This document shows positions 14,191-27,289 of a DNA stretch of 64,000 bases, piece after piece. The position numbers and the translations under genes were made by a program. The DNA comes from Malacoraja senta (Eukaryota), in assembly GCA_038087875.1 (NCBI GenBank), contig CM075985.1:7874001-7938000 (forward strand), written 5' to 3'. The notes under the pieces were generated by a model. That model searched no databases, was not told the DNA's origin, and was given only the letters and a program-made list of their open reading frames with translations. Positions within the stretch are counted from its first letter, which is position 1. Every line of letters starts with the position of its first letter.

Positions 14191-16397
14191 TTGAACAGTC
14201 TGGATTTAGCAACGCAGAAATAAAATTTGAGGTGATTTTAACAACACTTGTAGGTCAGTGCGATTGAAGATGTTATATCCAATTAATTTTGGACATGAAT
14301 TTGCATAAATATTTGACGAGTGTGTGTATGTGCTAAGTGAGATTGTAACACATCTGCGGTGTGTGTGTCACTGTGAACAGACTGTGAGTACAGCGAGCAT
14401 TCCTGTAGTACAGTTCTTTGACAAGATCACCTCGGGACATTAAATTGGGTCTCATCAAACCTGTGGTGACCTGGTGGCATTGTATAAATTGGGCAGGGTC
14501 CCAAACTCAGGCGTGAGCTGCAGACAATATGTGTGTTGCAGTGGCTCTGTAGCTGTTTTTTCACCCGCATTTCAAACCCACCATGCCAACATGAGTATTT
14601 TAAGTTTTTAAACGCTTCTATTTCCGTTGACTATGAAGCCGTTGGATCAAATCTAGTGAGAAATCTAGTTTGCTAACTAGCATTCGCTATGGTCCACCCC
14701 ATGCTCAGTCTGGGTCACATCCGCCTCCAGTCCCACAGGAATCAGATAATCATCAGCTACTCCCTGAAGCTAAGGAGCAAGCAAGTAGCAATTTGAATTT
14801 ATTCACTGCAAGAAATAAAAGTCAGATGCATCAAATAAGAAGGTCAATCACACCCATCTAAAGCTAACAGGGGAAAGGCAATAAATGTTAGTCTTGCCAT
14901 AACTGTTCACATTGCAAGAATGAATATTAAAGACTCTACTGGGACAGTAGGAGGATGGCATAGAGAGAGATCAAGAGTCTTTAATTGTCTTATGTACTGA
15001 CAACTGATCAATTATTTTTTAAACTTGCAGCAGCATAACAGGCCTGCAAACGTAATACACACAAAGAATAAATATTAAGCAAAAAAATCAATAACCATAA
15101 TACTGTGCAAAAAACCCGGTCCTTCGTGCAAACAAAAACATATAATAGATAATAGACAATAGGTGCAGGAGTAGGCCCTTCGAGCCAGCACCGCCATTCA
15201 CTGTGATCATGGCTGATCATCCACAATCAGTACACCCCGTTCCTGCCTTCTCCCCATATCCCCTGACTCCGCTATATTTAAGAGCTCTATCTAACTCTCT
15301 CTTGAAAGCATCCAGAGAATTGGCCTCCACTGCCTTCTGAGGCAGAGAATTCCAGATTCACAACCCTCTGTGTGAAAAAGTTTTTCCTCATCTCCTTTCT
15401 AAATGGCTTACCCCATATTCATAAACTGTGGCCCCTGGTTCTGGACTCCCCCAACATCGGGAACATGTTTCCTGCCTCTAGTGTGTTCAAACCCTTAATA
15501 ATCTTTTATGTTTCAATAAGATCCCCTCTCATCCTTCTAAATTCCAGAGTACACAAGCCCAGCTGCTCCATTCTATCAACATATGATAGACTGTAGTGGT
15601 TCAAAGTTGAGGTTAGTGTTGTGTTGTGTAGCGTTCAAGAGCCTGATGGTTGTCAAGACAAAGGTTGTCTGGAGAGGATTCTGAGGTTTCAGGTATATAC
15701 TGTATGTATATGCATTTAGAGAGACAGGGGCTGATTAGGAATAGACAGCATGGTTTTGTACGTGGGAGATCGTGTCTTACGAATCTGATTGAGTGTTTTA
15801 AAGAAGTAACCAAAAAGGTTGATGAGGGCAAAGCCATAGACATTGTCTATATGGGCTTCAGCAAGACATTTGATAAGGTTCCATATGGTAATCCGCTCGG
15901 GAAGGTTAAATCACATGGGATCCAGGGTGAGCTAGCTGACTGGAGGAGTGAAATGGCTTCATGGAAGGAAGCAGAGTGTGATGGTGGAAGGTTGTTTTTA
16001 GGACTGGAGGCCTGTGATGGTGTGCCTCAGGGATCAGTGCTGGGCTCAATGCTGTTTGGGGTTTATATCAATGATTTGGATGAGAATGTAGAAGACATGA
16101 TTAGAAAGTTTGCAGATGGCACGAAAGTGGATGGCAAAAATTACAGCAGGATCTTGTTCAGTTGGGCAAGTGGGCTGAGGAATGGTTAATGGAGATAAGT
16201 GCAAGGTGTTGCATTTTGGAAGTCAAACCAGGGCAGGACCTACACAGTGAATGGTAGGGTCCTGGAGTGTGTTGTAGAGCAGAGGGATCTAGGAGTGCAA
16301 GTACATAGTTCCTTGAAAGTGGCATCATAGGTAGACAGAGTAGTCAAGAAGGCTTACCGTACATTGGCCTTTATCAGTCAGGGTACTGAATATAGAA

Positions 16398-17196
16398 TGT
16401 GTTAAGAAGGAACTGCAGATGCTGGAAAATCGAAGGTACACAAAATGCTGGAGAAACTCAGCGGGTGCAGCAGCATCTATGGAGCGAAGGAAATAGGTAA
16501 CGTTTCGGGCCGAAACCCTTCTTCAGACTGATAGGGGGTGGGAGAAGAAAGGAAAAAAGGAAAAGGAGGAGGAGGAGCCCGAGGGCTGGGGGAGGGGAGG
16601 AGACAACCAGATGGCTGATGAAGGGGATGGGACAGCCAGGGCCCAAGCAGTCGTTCCAGGTGCGACAGAGGTTCACCTGCATCTCCTCCAACCTCATCTA
16701 TTGCATTCGCTGCTCTAGATGCCAGCTGATCTACATCGGTGAGACCAAGCGGAGGCTTGGCGATCGTTTCACCGAACACCTCCGGTCGGTCCGCCATAAC
16801 CAAACCTGAACTCCCGGTGGCTCAGCACTTCAACTCCCCCTCCCATTCCGTATCTGACCTCTCTGTCCTGGGTCTCCTCCATGGCCACAGCGAGCAACAC
16901 CGTAAATTGGAGGAAATGCACCTCATATTCCGCTTGGGCAGTCTACATCCTGGGGGCTTGAACGTTGAATTCTCCCAATTCTGCGAGCCCTGGCTGTCCC
17001 CTCCCCTTCATCAGCCATCTGGTTGTCTCCTCCCCTCCCCCAGCCCTCGGGCTCCTCCTCCTCCTTTTCCTTTTTTCCTTTCTTCTCCCCACCCCCTAGC
17101 AGTCTGAAGAAGGGTTTCGGCCCGAAACGTTGCCTATTTCCTTCGCTCCATAGATGCTGCTGCACCCGCTGAGTTTCTCCAGCATTTTTGTGTACC
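16398..17196 (+). mobile_element. Short Penelope-like insertion with inverted pseudo-LTR (divergent arrangement)
   Basis: The reverse-oriented pLTR (16398-~16642) is joined to the GIY-YIG 3' end plus pLTR. A 14-bp TSD TACTGAATATAGAA sits at 16384-16397 and 17197-17210 inside a CR1. Nearly identical to the 52.8-55.4 kb element. Confidence 0.88.
17104..17131 (+). ncRNA. Minimal hammerhead-ribozyme-like core
   Basis: CTGAAGA A GGG TTTCGG CCC GAAA CGTT. Confidence 0.55.
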
Positions 17197-17959
17197 TACT
17201 GAATATAGAAGTTGTGATGATATGTTAAGGGGCTGTCCCACTGCGGTGACCTAATCTGCGAGTTTAGAAGAGTTTGCCCCTCGACTCAAACTCGCAGCAT
17301 TGTCGACACGTGGTCCCAGGAGGTCCTATGAGATCACTGGAACTCTCCTTCATGCTCGAGGGAAGTTTCTGCATGCCCGTGGCCTCAGTGGGGTCGCTAT
17401 TTAGTTACAGGCAGTCAAGGGCAGCCGTAGGCAATCTCCTTCGCTGACCGGAGCATTTTGATTGGCTCATTGGAGTTTTCAGGACCAAGTAAAACTGACC
17501 GGTAGGTAAAATGCCCGCTAAACTTTATTATCTTATCTAGTTATAAGATTAAAACTGTGTGTGTGTGTGTGTTTGTGGGTGTCAGATTTGGCCTTTGATT
17601 CCTTGGTCCGCCAAAACCACACACAGAAAGTCCGAGATTTTTTCCATTTCGCTAGACATTACACTTTTACATCCCCTAAGACACTCCTCATTAAATTTCG
17701 TCGTTTTTATGTACACATTTTCAATAAAATCCTTCCCCCCCCCTAAAATGTCAAAATGTTACAAAAATCAAACCGCTCTCACCCATAGAATGTGGGTGAA
17801 CGTTCCATTCTGTGATGTCACAATGCCATCCCTCACATATGGCCAATCGTAATGGAACCATTTACATATGACTTTGCACCAGCCCCGCCCCCCGCAGCCT
17901 GTCGAAGGGTGTGATCACGAGTGTGGGAATAGAGGGAGAGGAGTGGGGGTGATAGGGAG

Positions 17960-19060
17960 TGGGGAATAGATGGACTGCCCCAACCACTCCCACTCTCCCT
18001 CCCCACTCTTTCCCCTCTCCTCCCCACCCCTCTCCCCCTCCCTCCACTACCCCATCGCCCTCTCCTCCGCTCCCTCCCCTCCCCTCTCCCACACCTCTCT
18101 CCCCCTCCCTATCCCTCTCTCCTCCCCCTCCCCCACACCTCCCCCTCTCCATCTCCCTCTCCTCACCCCTCTCCCCTATCGTCCCCCTCCTCCTCCCACC
18201 CCCATCCCTCTCCCCCACCCTCCTTCCATCTCCCCCACCCCCTTCCCTCTCTCCCCTGCCCCCTTCCACCACTCCCTCTCCCCCTCTCTCCCCTCTTCTC
18301 CCACCCCTCACCACCCCCGTCCCTCCCCCACCCTCTCTCTCCCCCTCCCCCACCCCTTCCCACTACCCCTCTGCCCCTCTTCCACCACTCCCCCTACCCC
18401 TCTCCCCTCCCTCCCCAATCTTCCACTTTTCTCCCCCCTTACCCCACCCTCCCCACTTCTGTCCATCCCACCCTCTCTCCCCCTCCCTCCATCTCCCCCC
18501 ACCCCCTTCCCCTCTCTCCCTCTTCCACCACTCCCCCCTCCCCCCCTCTCTCACTTCCACCATACCCCCTACACCTCACCCCCTCCCTCCCCACTCTTCC
18601 ACCTCTCCCCCCACCCCCAACCCCACCCCTCTCTCTCCCCCCTCCCTTCCCTCTCCCTCCCCATACTTCCCCCTCTCTCCGGTCTCCCCCTCCCTCCACA
18701 CTCTTCCCCCTCTCTCCCCTACCCCTCCCGCCACTCTTCCCCCTCTCCCTCCCCTCCCTCTCCCCACCCCCCTCTCGCCCTCCTTCTCCCTCTTTCCCCC
18801 TCCCTCTCTCACCCCCTCTCCCACCCCTGTCTCTCCTCCGCCCTTTTCCCCCTCTCCATCTCCCCTCCTCACCCCTCTTCCCCTCCCACCCCAACCCCTC
18901 TCTCCCCCCCCACCTAACCCTCTCCCTCTTCCACCAGTCCCCCTACCCCTATCCCCCTCTTCCCCACTCCTCTCTCTCCCCCCCTCTCCCTCCCCCCTCC
19001 CCCCTCTCTCCACCTCTGCCCCATCCCTCTCACATCCGCTCCCCACCCCTATTTCTCCCC
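17960..19060. repeat. Polypyrimidine (C/T-rich) low-complexity tract
   Basis: Near-pure C/T on the + strand, built from degenerate ctctcc/ccactccc units. Confidence 0.9.
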
Positions 19061-19439
19061 CAACCGTTCATCGCAGCTGTTAACCGCTCCTAACCTCACA
19101 GCTGGAAGCAATGGTAAAGTGTACCATTAATTAAAGCAGCCAAGCTGCTGCTGCATTTACACTGTATGCTCACACGAGATCCGAACGCGTCTGGCCATAG
19201 CGGCTGCTGTCAACTTCAAATGGCTGCTGTCCAGCTCTCCCGCGCGCGGCGCCTATTGCAACGGCGGCGGGCGGCGCGAGGCCGAGTTACGTCAACATCC
19301 CCCCTTCCCCACGACGCGCGCTGGCATTTGGCTCTCCGACTCCTTCTCCCTCCCGCTGTCCATCTGCGTTCCTGTTCTGTATCCCTCTCTGAACGAGCAA
19401 GTTCTGCAGATCCGGAGGTCACCGGGGACAGGCGAGATC

Positions 19440-20160
19440 CTGGGGAGGTGAAGAGGGGGAGTGGGAGGTTTGAGGGAGAGGAGGGAGTAGGGAGGGAGAG
19501 TGGGGAATGGGGGAGGCGAGGAGGGAGAGTGCGGGAATAGAGGGAGAGGAGTGGGAGGTGATAGGGAGTGGGGAATAGGTGGACTCCCCACACCCATCCC
19601 TCTCTCTTCCCCCTCTCCATCTTCCTCTCCTCCCCCTCCTACCCCCTCTCACCCCCTTCCCTCTCTCCCCCCACCCCCCAACCCCTCTCGCTCTTCCACC
19701 ACTCCCCCTACCCCGCCCCCTCCCTCCCCACTCTTCCACTTCTCTCCCCCCTTCCCCCACCCCTCTCCCCCACTCTACCCTCCCCCTCCCTCACCACTCT
19801 TCCCCCTCTCCCCCCTCCTACCACTCTCCCCCTCCCTCCTCACTCTTCCCCCTCCTACCTCTCCCCCACCCCTCACCCCCTCCCCGAACCCTCTCTCACC
19901 CCCTCCCCCCTTCTCCATCTCCCCCTCACCCTCCTCCCCTCCCCCACCCCTCTTCACCCCCATCTCTCCCCCACCACCTTCCCCTCTCTCTTGCACCACT
20001 CCCAGCTACCCCTCCCTCCCCCTCCCCTCTCCACCTGTCCCGCCCCTCTAACATCCACTCCTCCCCCTCCCACTCCCCTCCCCCTCTCTCCCCGCTCTCC
20101 TCTCCCTCCTCACCTTCCCCTCTCCGTCTCCCCCTCCCTCCCTCTCCCTCTACCCCCCTG
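19440..20160. repeat. G-rich then C-rich low-complexity tract
   Basis: A purine run at 19440-19580 is followed by a polypyrimidine run. It starts with the same gatagggagtgggg-aatag-tggact motif as the 17.95 kb tract. Confidence 0.85.
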
Positions 20161-23100
20161 TGTGTTTGGGGGGTGGTTAGTGTGAGTGTGACGCCGCAGC
20201 CCCCCCCCCACCCCAAACGCGCATTGGGGAAACAGACCCAAACGGGTCTGCACTTGGTCTAGTACTTGTTAAAAGTGTCTCCGCTCCTTCCCCCCCCCCC
20301 TCTCTAAATGATTTACCATACACTATGCAGCCGTCTTTTACCTTCCTCATCATCGCGGGGTTGAATTTCAGACAGTGCCCCTCCACTTTCCCTGGCCCCC
20401 GCCTTTGCGATATGTGTGTGTGTATGTGTGCGGTCGGTCGATCCAGCTCGCGGTTTCAAAGCTGACAGTCGATCCAGCTCGCGGTTTCAACGCTGAGAGT
20501 CGATCCAGCTCGTGGTTTTTCAGGCGAGTGCCCTCGAGCTTGAAGGTGAAGACACTCTTCTTAACTCGTGGATTAGGTCGCCGCAGTGGGACAGCCCCTT
20601 TACAGTTGTAAAAGATATTGACGAGGCTGCATTTGGGGTCACGTGTTCAGTTTTGGTCACCCTGCTGTAGGAAGCATGTTAAGCTGGATAGAATGCAGAG
20701 AAGATTTATGAGGATGTTGCCAGGACATGAGGGCCTGAGATATAGGGAGAGATTGGGTGGTTAGGACATTATTCCTTGGAGCACAGAAGGCCGAGGGGTG
20801 ATCTTAGAGATGTATAAAATCATGAGGGGAATAGATAGGGTGAATGTAGTCTTTTACCCAGAGTAGAGGAATCAAGAACTAGAGGACAGGTTTAAGGTGA
20901 GGGGATAGATTTAATAGACACCTGATGGAGAAATAAGGAAGAGCTGCCAGAGGTGGTAGTTGAGGCAACAACATTTAAAAGACATTTGGACAGGTACATG
21001 AATAGGAAAGGCTTAGTGGGATTTGGGCCAAACATGGCAATTGAGACCTGTGTAAATGGGGCATCATGGTCGACATGGGTAAGTTGGGCCGAAGGCACAG
21101 TTTCCGTGCTGTATGGCTCTAAAAAACTGTTCTTGAACCTGATGATCACGGTTTCCACTCTTATACCTTCTTCCTGGTGGTAGGAGCCAAATGCAAGCAT
21201 GGCTAGGGTGTTGGGGGTCTTTGATGATATTGGTTGGCTTTTAGCACAGCACCTCCTATGAAGGTCAGTAGCTGTGATGGACCGAGCAGTGTCTACCTCT
21301 CCGAGAGAGAAGGAAGAGGCACTATATTGAATACTTTTGTAACCTTGTCCTTTACATGGCGACTCTTGCACACTTGTACTGTATGCAAACAAGGAATCTC
21401 ACTGTACCAAGTACACGTGACAATAAAGTATCAATCAAACAATTTGTTCTTTGGCTTTTGACTTGACAGTGAAGCAACCAGTCAATATGCCCTCCACCAT
21501 GCAGTCGTCAACCAGGATAATTACCCAAATCTCTTTGCTTTAAGCACTTGTGTGCAGAGCCTGAATGAAGATATGGAGTTACCCGCATGAATGAATATCC
21601 TACCAGCACTCATTTTGCTTAATCAGTAGCTGGAGAGCAGCCAATTGGCACGAGGTACCAAGACAGAGACTCAGCACTATACGGCAGAGGAGAAACATAA
21701 CAAAAAAATCATCGATTCAACATTAATTCACGTTGGGATGACTTTTGTTGGACATACTGTACAGCTGACAGTGCATTGCTAATGAACTTGTCAGCTGCCT
21801 TGGAGAAATTAGATTCCCCTCTTCTCAGTTATACTTCTAGCTTTGATACTAATCATTCTGGAACTGAGCAGAGCTTTGGTTACAGAAGATGAAAAGCATC
21901 AAGAGTTTATTATTGCCATTGACATTGTGCAAGGGTCAGACATTAGTTATATATGAGGCAGGTTCTAACACAGCACGATGGGATGTGCAAGGTCTATTCT
22001 CACTATCTCACGAGCAAAGCTACCTAAAGTAGCAATGGCATCTTAAAACTCACCTGCCAGGAGATTGTATGTTAGAAAAACACTGTCACTGAAATAATTG
22101 CTCCAGTTTACCTGAACCCTTCAGAACTATATCGGTCTCCGTCTTTGCATTCCTGGACTGTGCCCAACGCAAATGCCTGTAATCTGATCTTACTCTCATT
22201 TCCAGCCTCTCTTTCTCTGTCAAAACACAGACCTGAATCTCAGCGAGACTAAAGAAAAAGAGATTTAGTCAAAGCATCAGCTCATCAAGGACAACCTGCA
22301 GGATAGTGGACAAAACACAAAGTGCTGGAGGAACTCAGGCAGCACCTGTGGAGGGAATGGACAGGTGACGTTTCAGTTCAGGGTCCTTCTTCAGACTGGT
22401 TGTAGTAGTGAGGAGGAAGCTGGAAATGAGATGTGGGGCAGGGACAAAACCTGGCAAACGATAGGTGGATAGACACAAAGCGCAGGAGTATCTCAGTAGG
22501 TCAGGCAGCATATCTGGAGAAAATGGATGGGTGACGTTTTGGGCCGGGACTCTTCAGGTGAGCAGGAGGGGGGAGTGGTTTCATTGGCAGATGGGAGGAA
22601 TAAATGTCAAAGGGTAGAGGTGAAAAGGAAACAAAAAGGGTGTTGGAAAAGAGGAGGGGGTGTAAAGTCAAGTTCCATGCTGGTACATTCTATACATATG
22701 AATCATCAGCAGGCATAGACCTCTCTCACAGACCCACGAGCCACCCCCACCCTTAAACAAGATCATGGCTAATCCAATTCTAACCACATTCCTGCCAACA
22801 TGAGGCACTTTTCACCTCTTGCTTAGCAAGGATACCTGCATCTGCCTTAAAACATTTAAAGACTGTCTGCTTTCACTGTTCTTTAGGGAAGAGTTCCAAA
22901 GACCCAACTGAGGAAAGATATTTAGCCTCCGTTATCTTAAATTATATTTCCACAATGACACTAGTTCCAGATTCTTCTACAAAACATCTACTCTGCATGA
23001 ATCTATTCATAACCTTTCTGGAGTGCACGTTTTAATCAAATCCCCTCTCACTCTTCTAAACTCCCTGCCTGACTGACCTTTCCCCACAAGACCACCCACC

Positions 23101-24705
23101 AACTCCAGGTATCAGTCTAGTTCACCTCTCTGAACTGCTTCTCGAGCTTTTACATTGTTCCTTAAATAAGACCAAAGCTGTACACAGTACTCCAGACTCA
23201 CCACTACCGCATGTAACTATTATTATGTACTCAATACTCCATGTCTACACTCGTTTTCACATAGGCCACAGCTAACAATGGCCTGTTTCATATGGTCATA
23301 GGAATAGGTTAGAATTAGGCCATTCGGCCCATCAAGTCTATTCCGCCATTCAATCATGGCTGATCTATCTCTCCCTCCTAACCCCATTCGCCTGCGAGGA
23401 AGGGTGGAGATAAATTCAACAGCTGGCATACTTGGTTATCTCCAACAATCTGGGAGGTTCTAACGTGTGCTCAGGTTCATGAAGTTAGATTTAAATCCTC
23501 AATCTCTTGATTTAGAAGCAAATATGCCAACAAATGATTCTACAAATAAATAAGCAACTTGCAATCCTACTTCTTATTCACTTCTCAATTTAAGCATTAG
23601 TTGCTACAAGTCCTAGTCCTCACATGTAGGTTCAATTATAAAGTGTTGCTGCTTTACTCCGTATTGGTAAACTCTAATTTTTGAAAACATAATGTGATCA
23701 GAAGAGCACTCATTAGAAATACTAACACAGAGAACAAATAATCAGAACAATGACTTAATCATTTCATTTACTTAAAATAAAAGAAATATTTTTTTTTTTA
23801 AAGATTCGAATTTATTTGACCATTTATTTCTCAAGCACTGTTCTTGAGGCCTTCCCAGCCAATTACCTTTGAAACATAGTTACCATTGGGAATAATTGTA
23901 CACAGAATGATATTAAACAAAGGACAGGCCAAAAGGTCTAGTTTAGCAGTAAATGCTGGCTGGGAATCCACATTCATCTACACTTCTGAAGAAGGGTTTT
24001 GACCCGAAACGTTGCCTATTTCCTTCGCTCCATAGATGCTGCCTCACCCGCTGAGTTTCTCCAGCATTTCTGTCTACTTTCATCTTCACATATATTTGGA
24101 CAGGGTCTTTTACATTACATCCTGCAAAAGATTGGATGGCTTTGGTATAAATCTCACCCAGAAGTCGGCATGCACACAAATACTGCACTCTCTCAGTCCT
24201 TATGTACCAGTCTGGATCTTGTTCTCAAGACTCAGCCACCTTAGAACTAACCGCCTGACCTGCTGGTAAGAAATGACTAAAATCACTGCAAAATTAAGCC
24301 TCGCCATTGCCTAAAGGAGATTTAGTGAAGCTCGATTGTCAACTTCTGATTAAATTGCCTCACAGTGCAGATGTGAATGGTGAGAGAAATTAAGGTAGGC
24401 CACTCAGAAGCTGTTTAAATCTTTAAAATAAAGATTTGGAAAAAAAATAATAGTAAATTGATTTGTGATAATCAAGTATATTTAACTAATCTGACCCCAT
24501 ACTTATTGAGAAGGAATTTTCAATATTACAAATATTAATGGCACAGACATGTTTCTACCATCTGAGGTAACATTCAACTAATGGTATCATTGTGTAATCC
24601 ATTTTTTTTAAATGGTCTGATTAGTTAAAGTATAAAGGCTGTCTATGATTTTCTTTTCGGCAGAAACCTCCTCCCAGTTATTGCAAGCAAGATGATCTGA
24701 CCAGC

Positions 24706-24746
<41 letters not shown>
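24706..24746. repeat. (GA)n microsatellite in the putative legumain-like 3' UTR
   Basis: Direct inspection. Confidence 0.9.
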
Positions 24747-24750
<4 letters not shown>

Positions 24751-24858
24751 CTCTAAAAAATTACAATTCCAGTTGGAAAGCACACGGGCTGAGGGAGGGA
24801 CAGGTCCTTCCTGAGGGTCCCACCCTCTGCTGTGCTGAAGATGAGGAGAGCCAGCTCT

Positions 24859-24904
24859 TCATTTCTTCAGCTTTTCACTGACTTGGTCAATAGCTTCTTT
24901 GATC
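24859..24904 (-). CDS. LGMN: Legumain-like terminal coding exon (IKEAIDQVSEKLKK*)
   Basis: Acceptor tttttaaatag|G completes the Arg codon (phase 2). The peptide matches human IKLSMDHVC... and ends in TGA. Confidence 0.8.
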
Positions 24905-25928
24905 CTATTTAAAAACAAAGGAGTGATTACAATGCAGCTCGTGGACAGGGGGTTAGCACAGAAAAAAAAGTTTTGGAAAAAATGGAACACAATCTACATT
25001 TGTTAAGAAAAGAGGCAAAGATCTATTACAATTTTGACGGCTCCTTTCCAAGACAAGAGATCCAAGATGAACAATTTCAACCAATGTTTGATTCAAGATG
25101 ACAAAGTGGAGACACTTATTTTGGACAAAAATACGTCAGTACATTTAATGCTTTTCAATACTTTCGGATTGAATGACAATACTTTCATGATTATATTACC
25201 AGCACTTTCCTTAATTCTCTGACTTGAATGGTCCTGAACTGATGACTAAAAGGAGGCTTTGATTGTGCTGGGTCAATTGCTGTAAACTTTCCCTCTGCCC
25301 GGGATTCCCTGCTTCAAAAAGACAAGACTGTACAAAGTTAGCCTGCTGCTAACTCAGACTTGAAGGCTGATTTTGATGATTATTTCAAGTTTGACAAAGG
25401 CTATTGCTGTTTTTACTCTGGGTAACCTGACCTAGCTCACGATATCCCTGTTGTATTGTGGATCTTAGCCGCATTACTCTGAGTAAATAGACCTGATCAG
25501 TTTAATTACATAAAATAGCATCCATTACACTAAGCGGCACAGAAACATACTATCATGCTGTTTAGTTTAGTTTAAAGATACAGCATGGAAACAAGCCCTT
25601 CGCCCCACGGAGTCTAAACCTACAATCAATCACCCACTCACACTAATTCCATGCTATCCCACCTTCTCACCCATCCTTGCACACTAGGGGCAATTTACAG
25701 AGGCAAATTAACCTACACGAGTTTGGGATGTGGGAGGAAACTAGAGCACTTGGAGGAAGCCAAAGGGACCACAGGGAGAATATACATAATATACACATTG
25801 CACTGCCCAGCTCACTACTTTCCCATCAGGCTTTCTGTTAAAGGGATCAATGATCTGTTAAGAGTTAATTCCAGATGTTATTTGCTTTGATTGCTTGAGC
25901 AAAGAGAGAGAGTTGGGTATTACTGTAC

Positions 25929-25996
25929 CGTGTCAGTGGGATCTGCTCCACACATAAATTGACGAAGGGACTCAACTGGTGAAGAGCATATTCATA
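25929..25996 (-). CDS. LGMN: Legumain-like exon (YEYALHQLSPFVNLCVEQIPLTR)
   Basis: 68 nt, phase 0-2, flanked by ttacag| and |gtacag. Matches human exon 13 [23 protein letters not shown] in length and sequence. Confidence 0.88.
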
Positions 25997-27289
25997 CTGT
26001 AACAACAAAGCACAACATTGGACTATCCCACATTTTCTCACATTAACCCAATCTTTGGCCATGCGCACCCTTTTTTTGCCTCTTTGTGCCACCCATGTGT
26101 CATCCTCACAACTCACTTTCCTACCCATCATTATGTAACATACTGTAACAATGTACATCAGAACAATTATTTACAGTGCCCAGACTGGTGCAGAGGGATT
26201 CCTCTTTTCCACACCATTCACAACCATGAGATACTCCAAAATTCTCAACTTCTCACTATACCTCCCACCCCTCACCTCAACCACTTTCTTATGTTCTCCA
26301 TGCTGAGATTGGGCACTGGAACAACACGAAGCAACACCCAGGCGCCTACTCTTCTCTAGGGCCAAAACCCTATGCTTTGTGCAACATTTCAGACTGTTAG
26401 AGTTGTATAGCACAGAAAAGGTCCTTTGACCCACCCATCCAATTCCGATCGTCAATCCCACACTGCACACTGTCTTACAGTACCAAGATCCTGACTATAT
26501 GTGCTGTCTGTATAGAGCTTGTATGTTCTCCCTGTGACCGTGTGGGTTTTCACTGAGTGCTCCAGTTTCCTCCGACATTCCAAGGACATGCAGGTTTGTT
26601 GGTTAATTGGCTTCTGTAAGTTGTCCCTATTGTGTAGGATAGAACTAGTGTACAGGAGATTGGTTGCTGGCATGAACTCGGTGGGCCGCAGGGCCCGTTT
26701 CCCTACTATATCTCTAAATTAAACTAAATTTGCCCTCCCAGTTTCCATCACTCACCTGCACACTAGGAGCAATTTTTTACAGCGGCTACCAACCAGCATG
26801 TCTTTGGGACGTAAGAGAAATCCTGAATATTCAGGGGGAAAACAAACCCAGGCAGTGACAGGGAGATCGTACAAGCTCCAAACATTCAGTCCCAGAGATC
26901 AGGATTGAAACCCAATCGCTGGAACTGTGAGGCAGCAACACAGCTAACTGCAGCACTGTACTGCCCCTATTAAATCTGGCTCTTCCTGTGGTCATTGGTT
27001 TCAGTTAAGAAGCTGCTCAATGCTGCATAGAGCTGTTTTATCAGTGCTGTGAAAAGCAGCAGAGTTCCCACCCAGTCTTCTTCTTGTCGTGTCGCTACAC
27101 TTTTCCAAGCCGCTGCACAACGCAGGCTCTGGCACATGGGTTGAAGACCCTGAGATCTTCTGGTTTGCAGGTCTCTGGGAGGAGGGGGCAAGTACCCTGC
27201 CTCTCTCCCCTCCTTAAAGCTAACACGTTGACCCAGCTTTTGATCGCCTACCCTGGTATATTTTCTCTTTGGCCTCTTGATAATATTGA

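Larger units (their letters stand above)
17531..20262 (+). mobile_element. Non-autonomous Helitron-like element
   Basis: 5' TC follows an A, and 3' CTAG is followed by a T. Subterminal hairpin CAGACCC-AAAC-GGGTCTG (20233-20250). No TSD. Confidence 0.62.
17228..20599. mobile_element. PIF/Harbinger-type MITE, interrupted by a Helitron-like insert
   Basis: About 45-bp TIRs AGGGGCTGTCCCACTGCGG.GACCTAATC at both ends. TTA TSD at 17225-17227 and 20600-20602. The CR1 sequence resumes on both sides. Confidence 0.82.
15700..21125 (+). mobile_element. Degenerate CR1 LINE (RT region), split by three later insertions
   Basis: RT motifs QHGFVRGRSCLTNLIECF, DKVPYG, GVPQGSVLG and KFADGTK at 15700-16190. 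It resumes after the PLE (17197) and after the MITE (20600). Confidence 0.85.

Noticed and set aside
17862-20262. Long Pro-rich and Gly/Arg-rich ORFs (up to 374 aa) resembling extensins or formins
   Set aside because: They are artefacts of C/T-only low-complexity DNA: open in several frames on both strands, with no splice or domain support.
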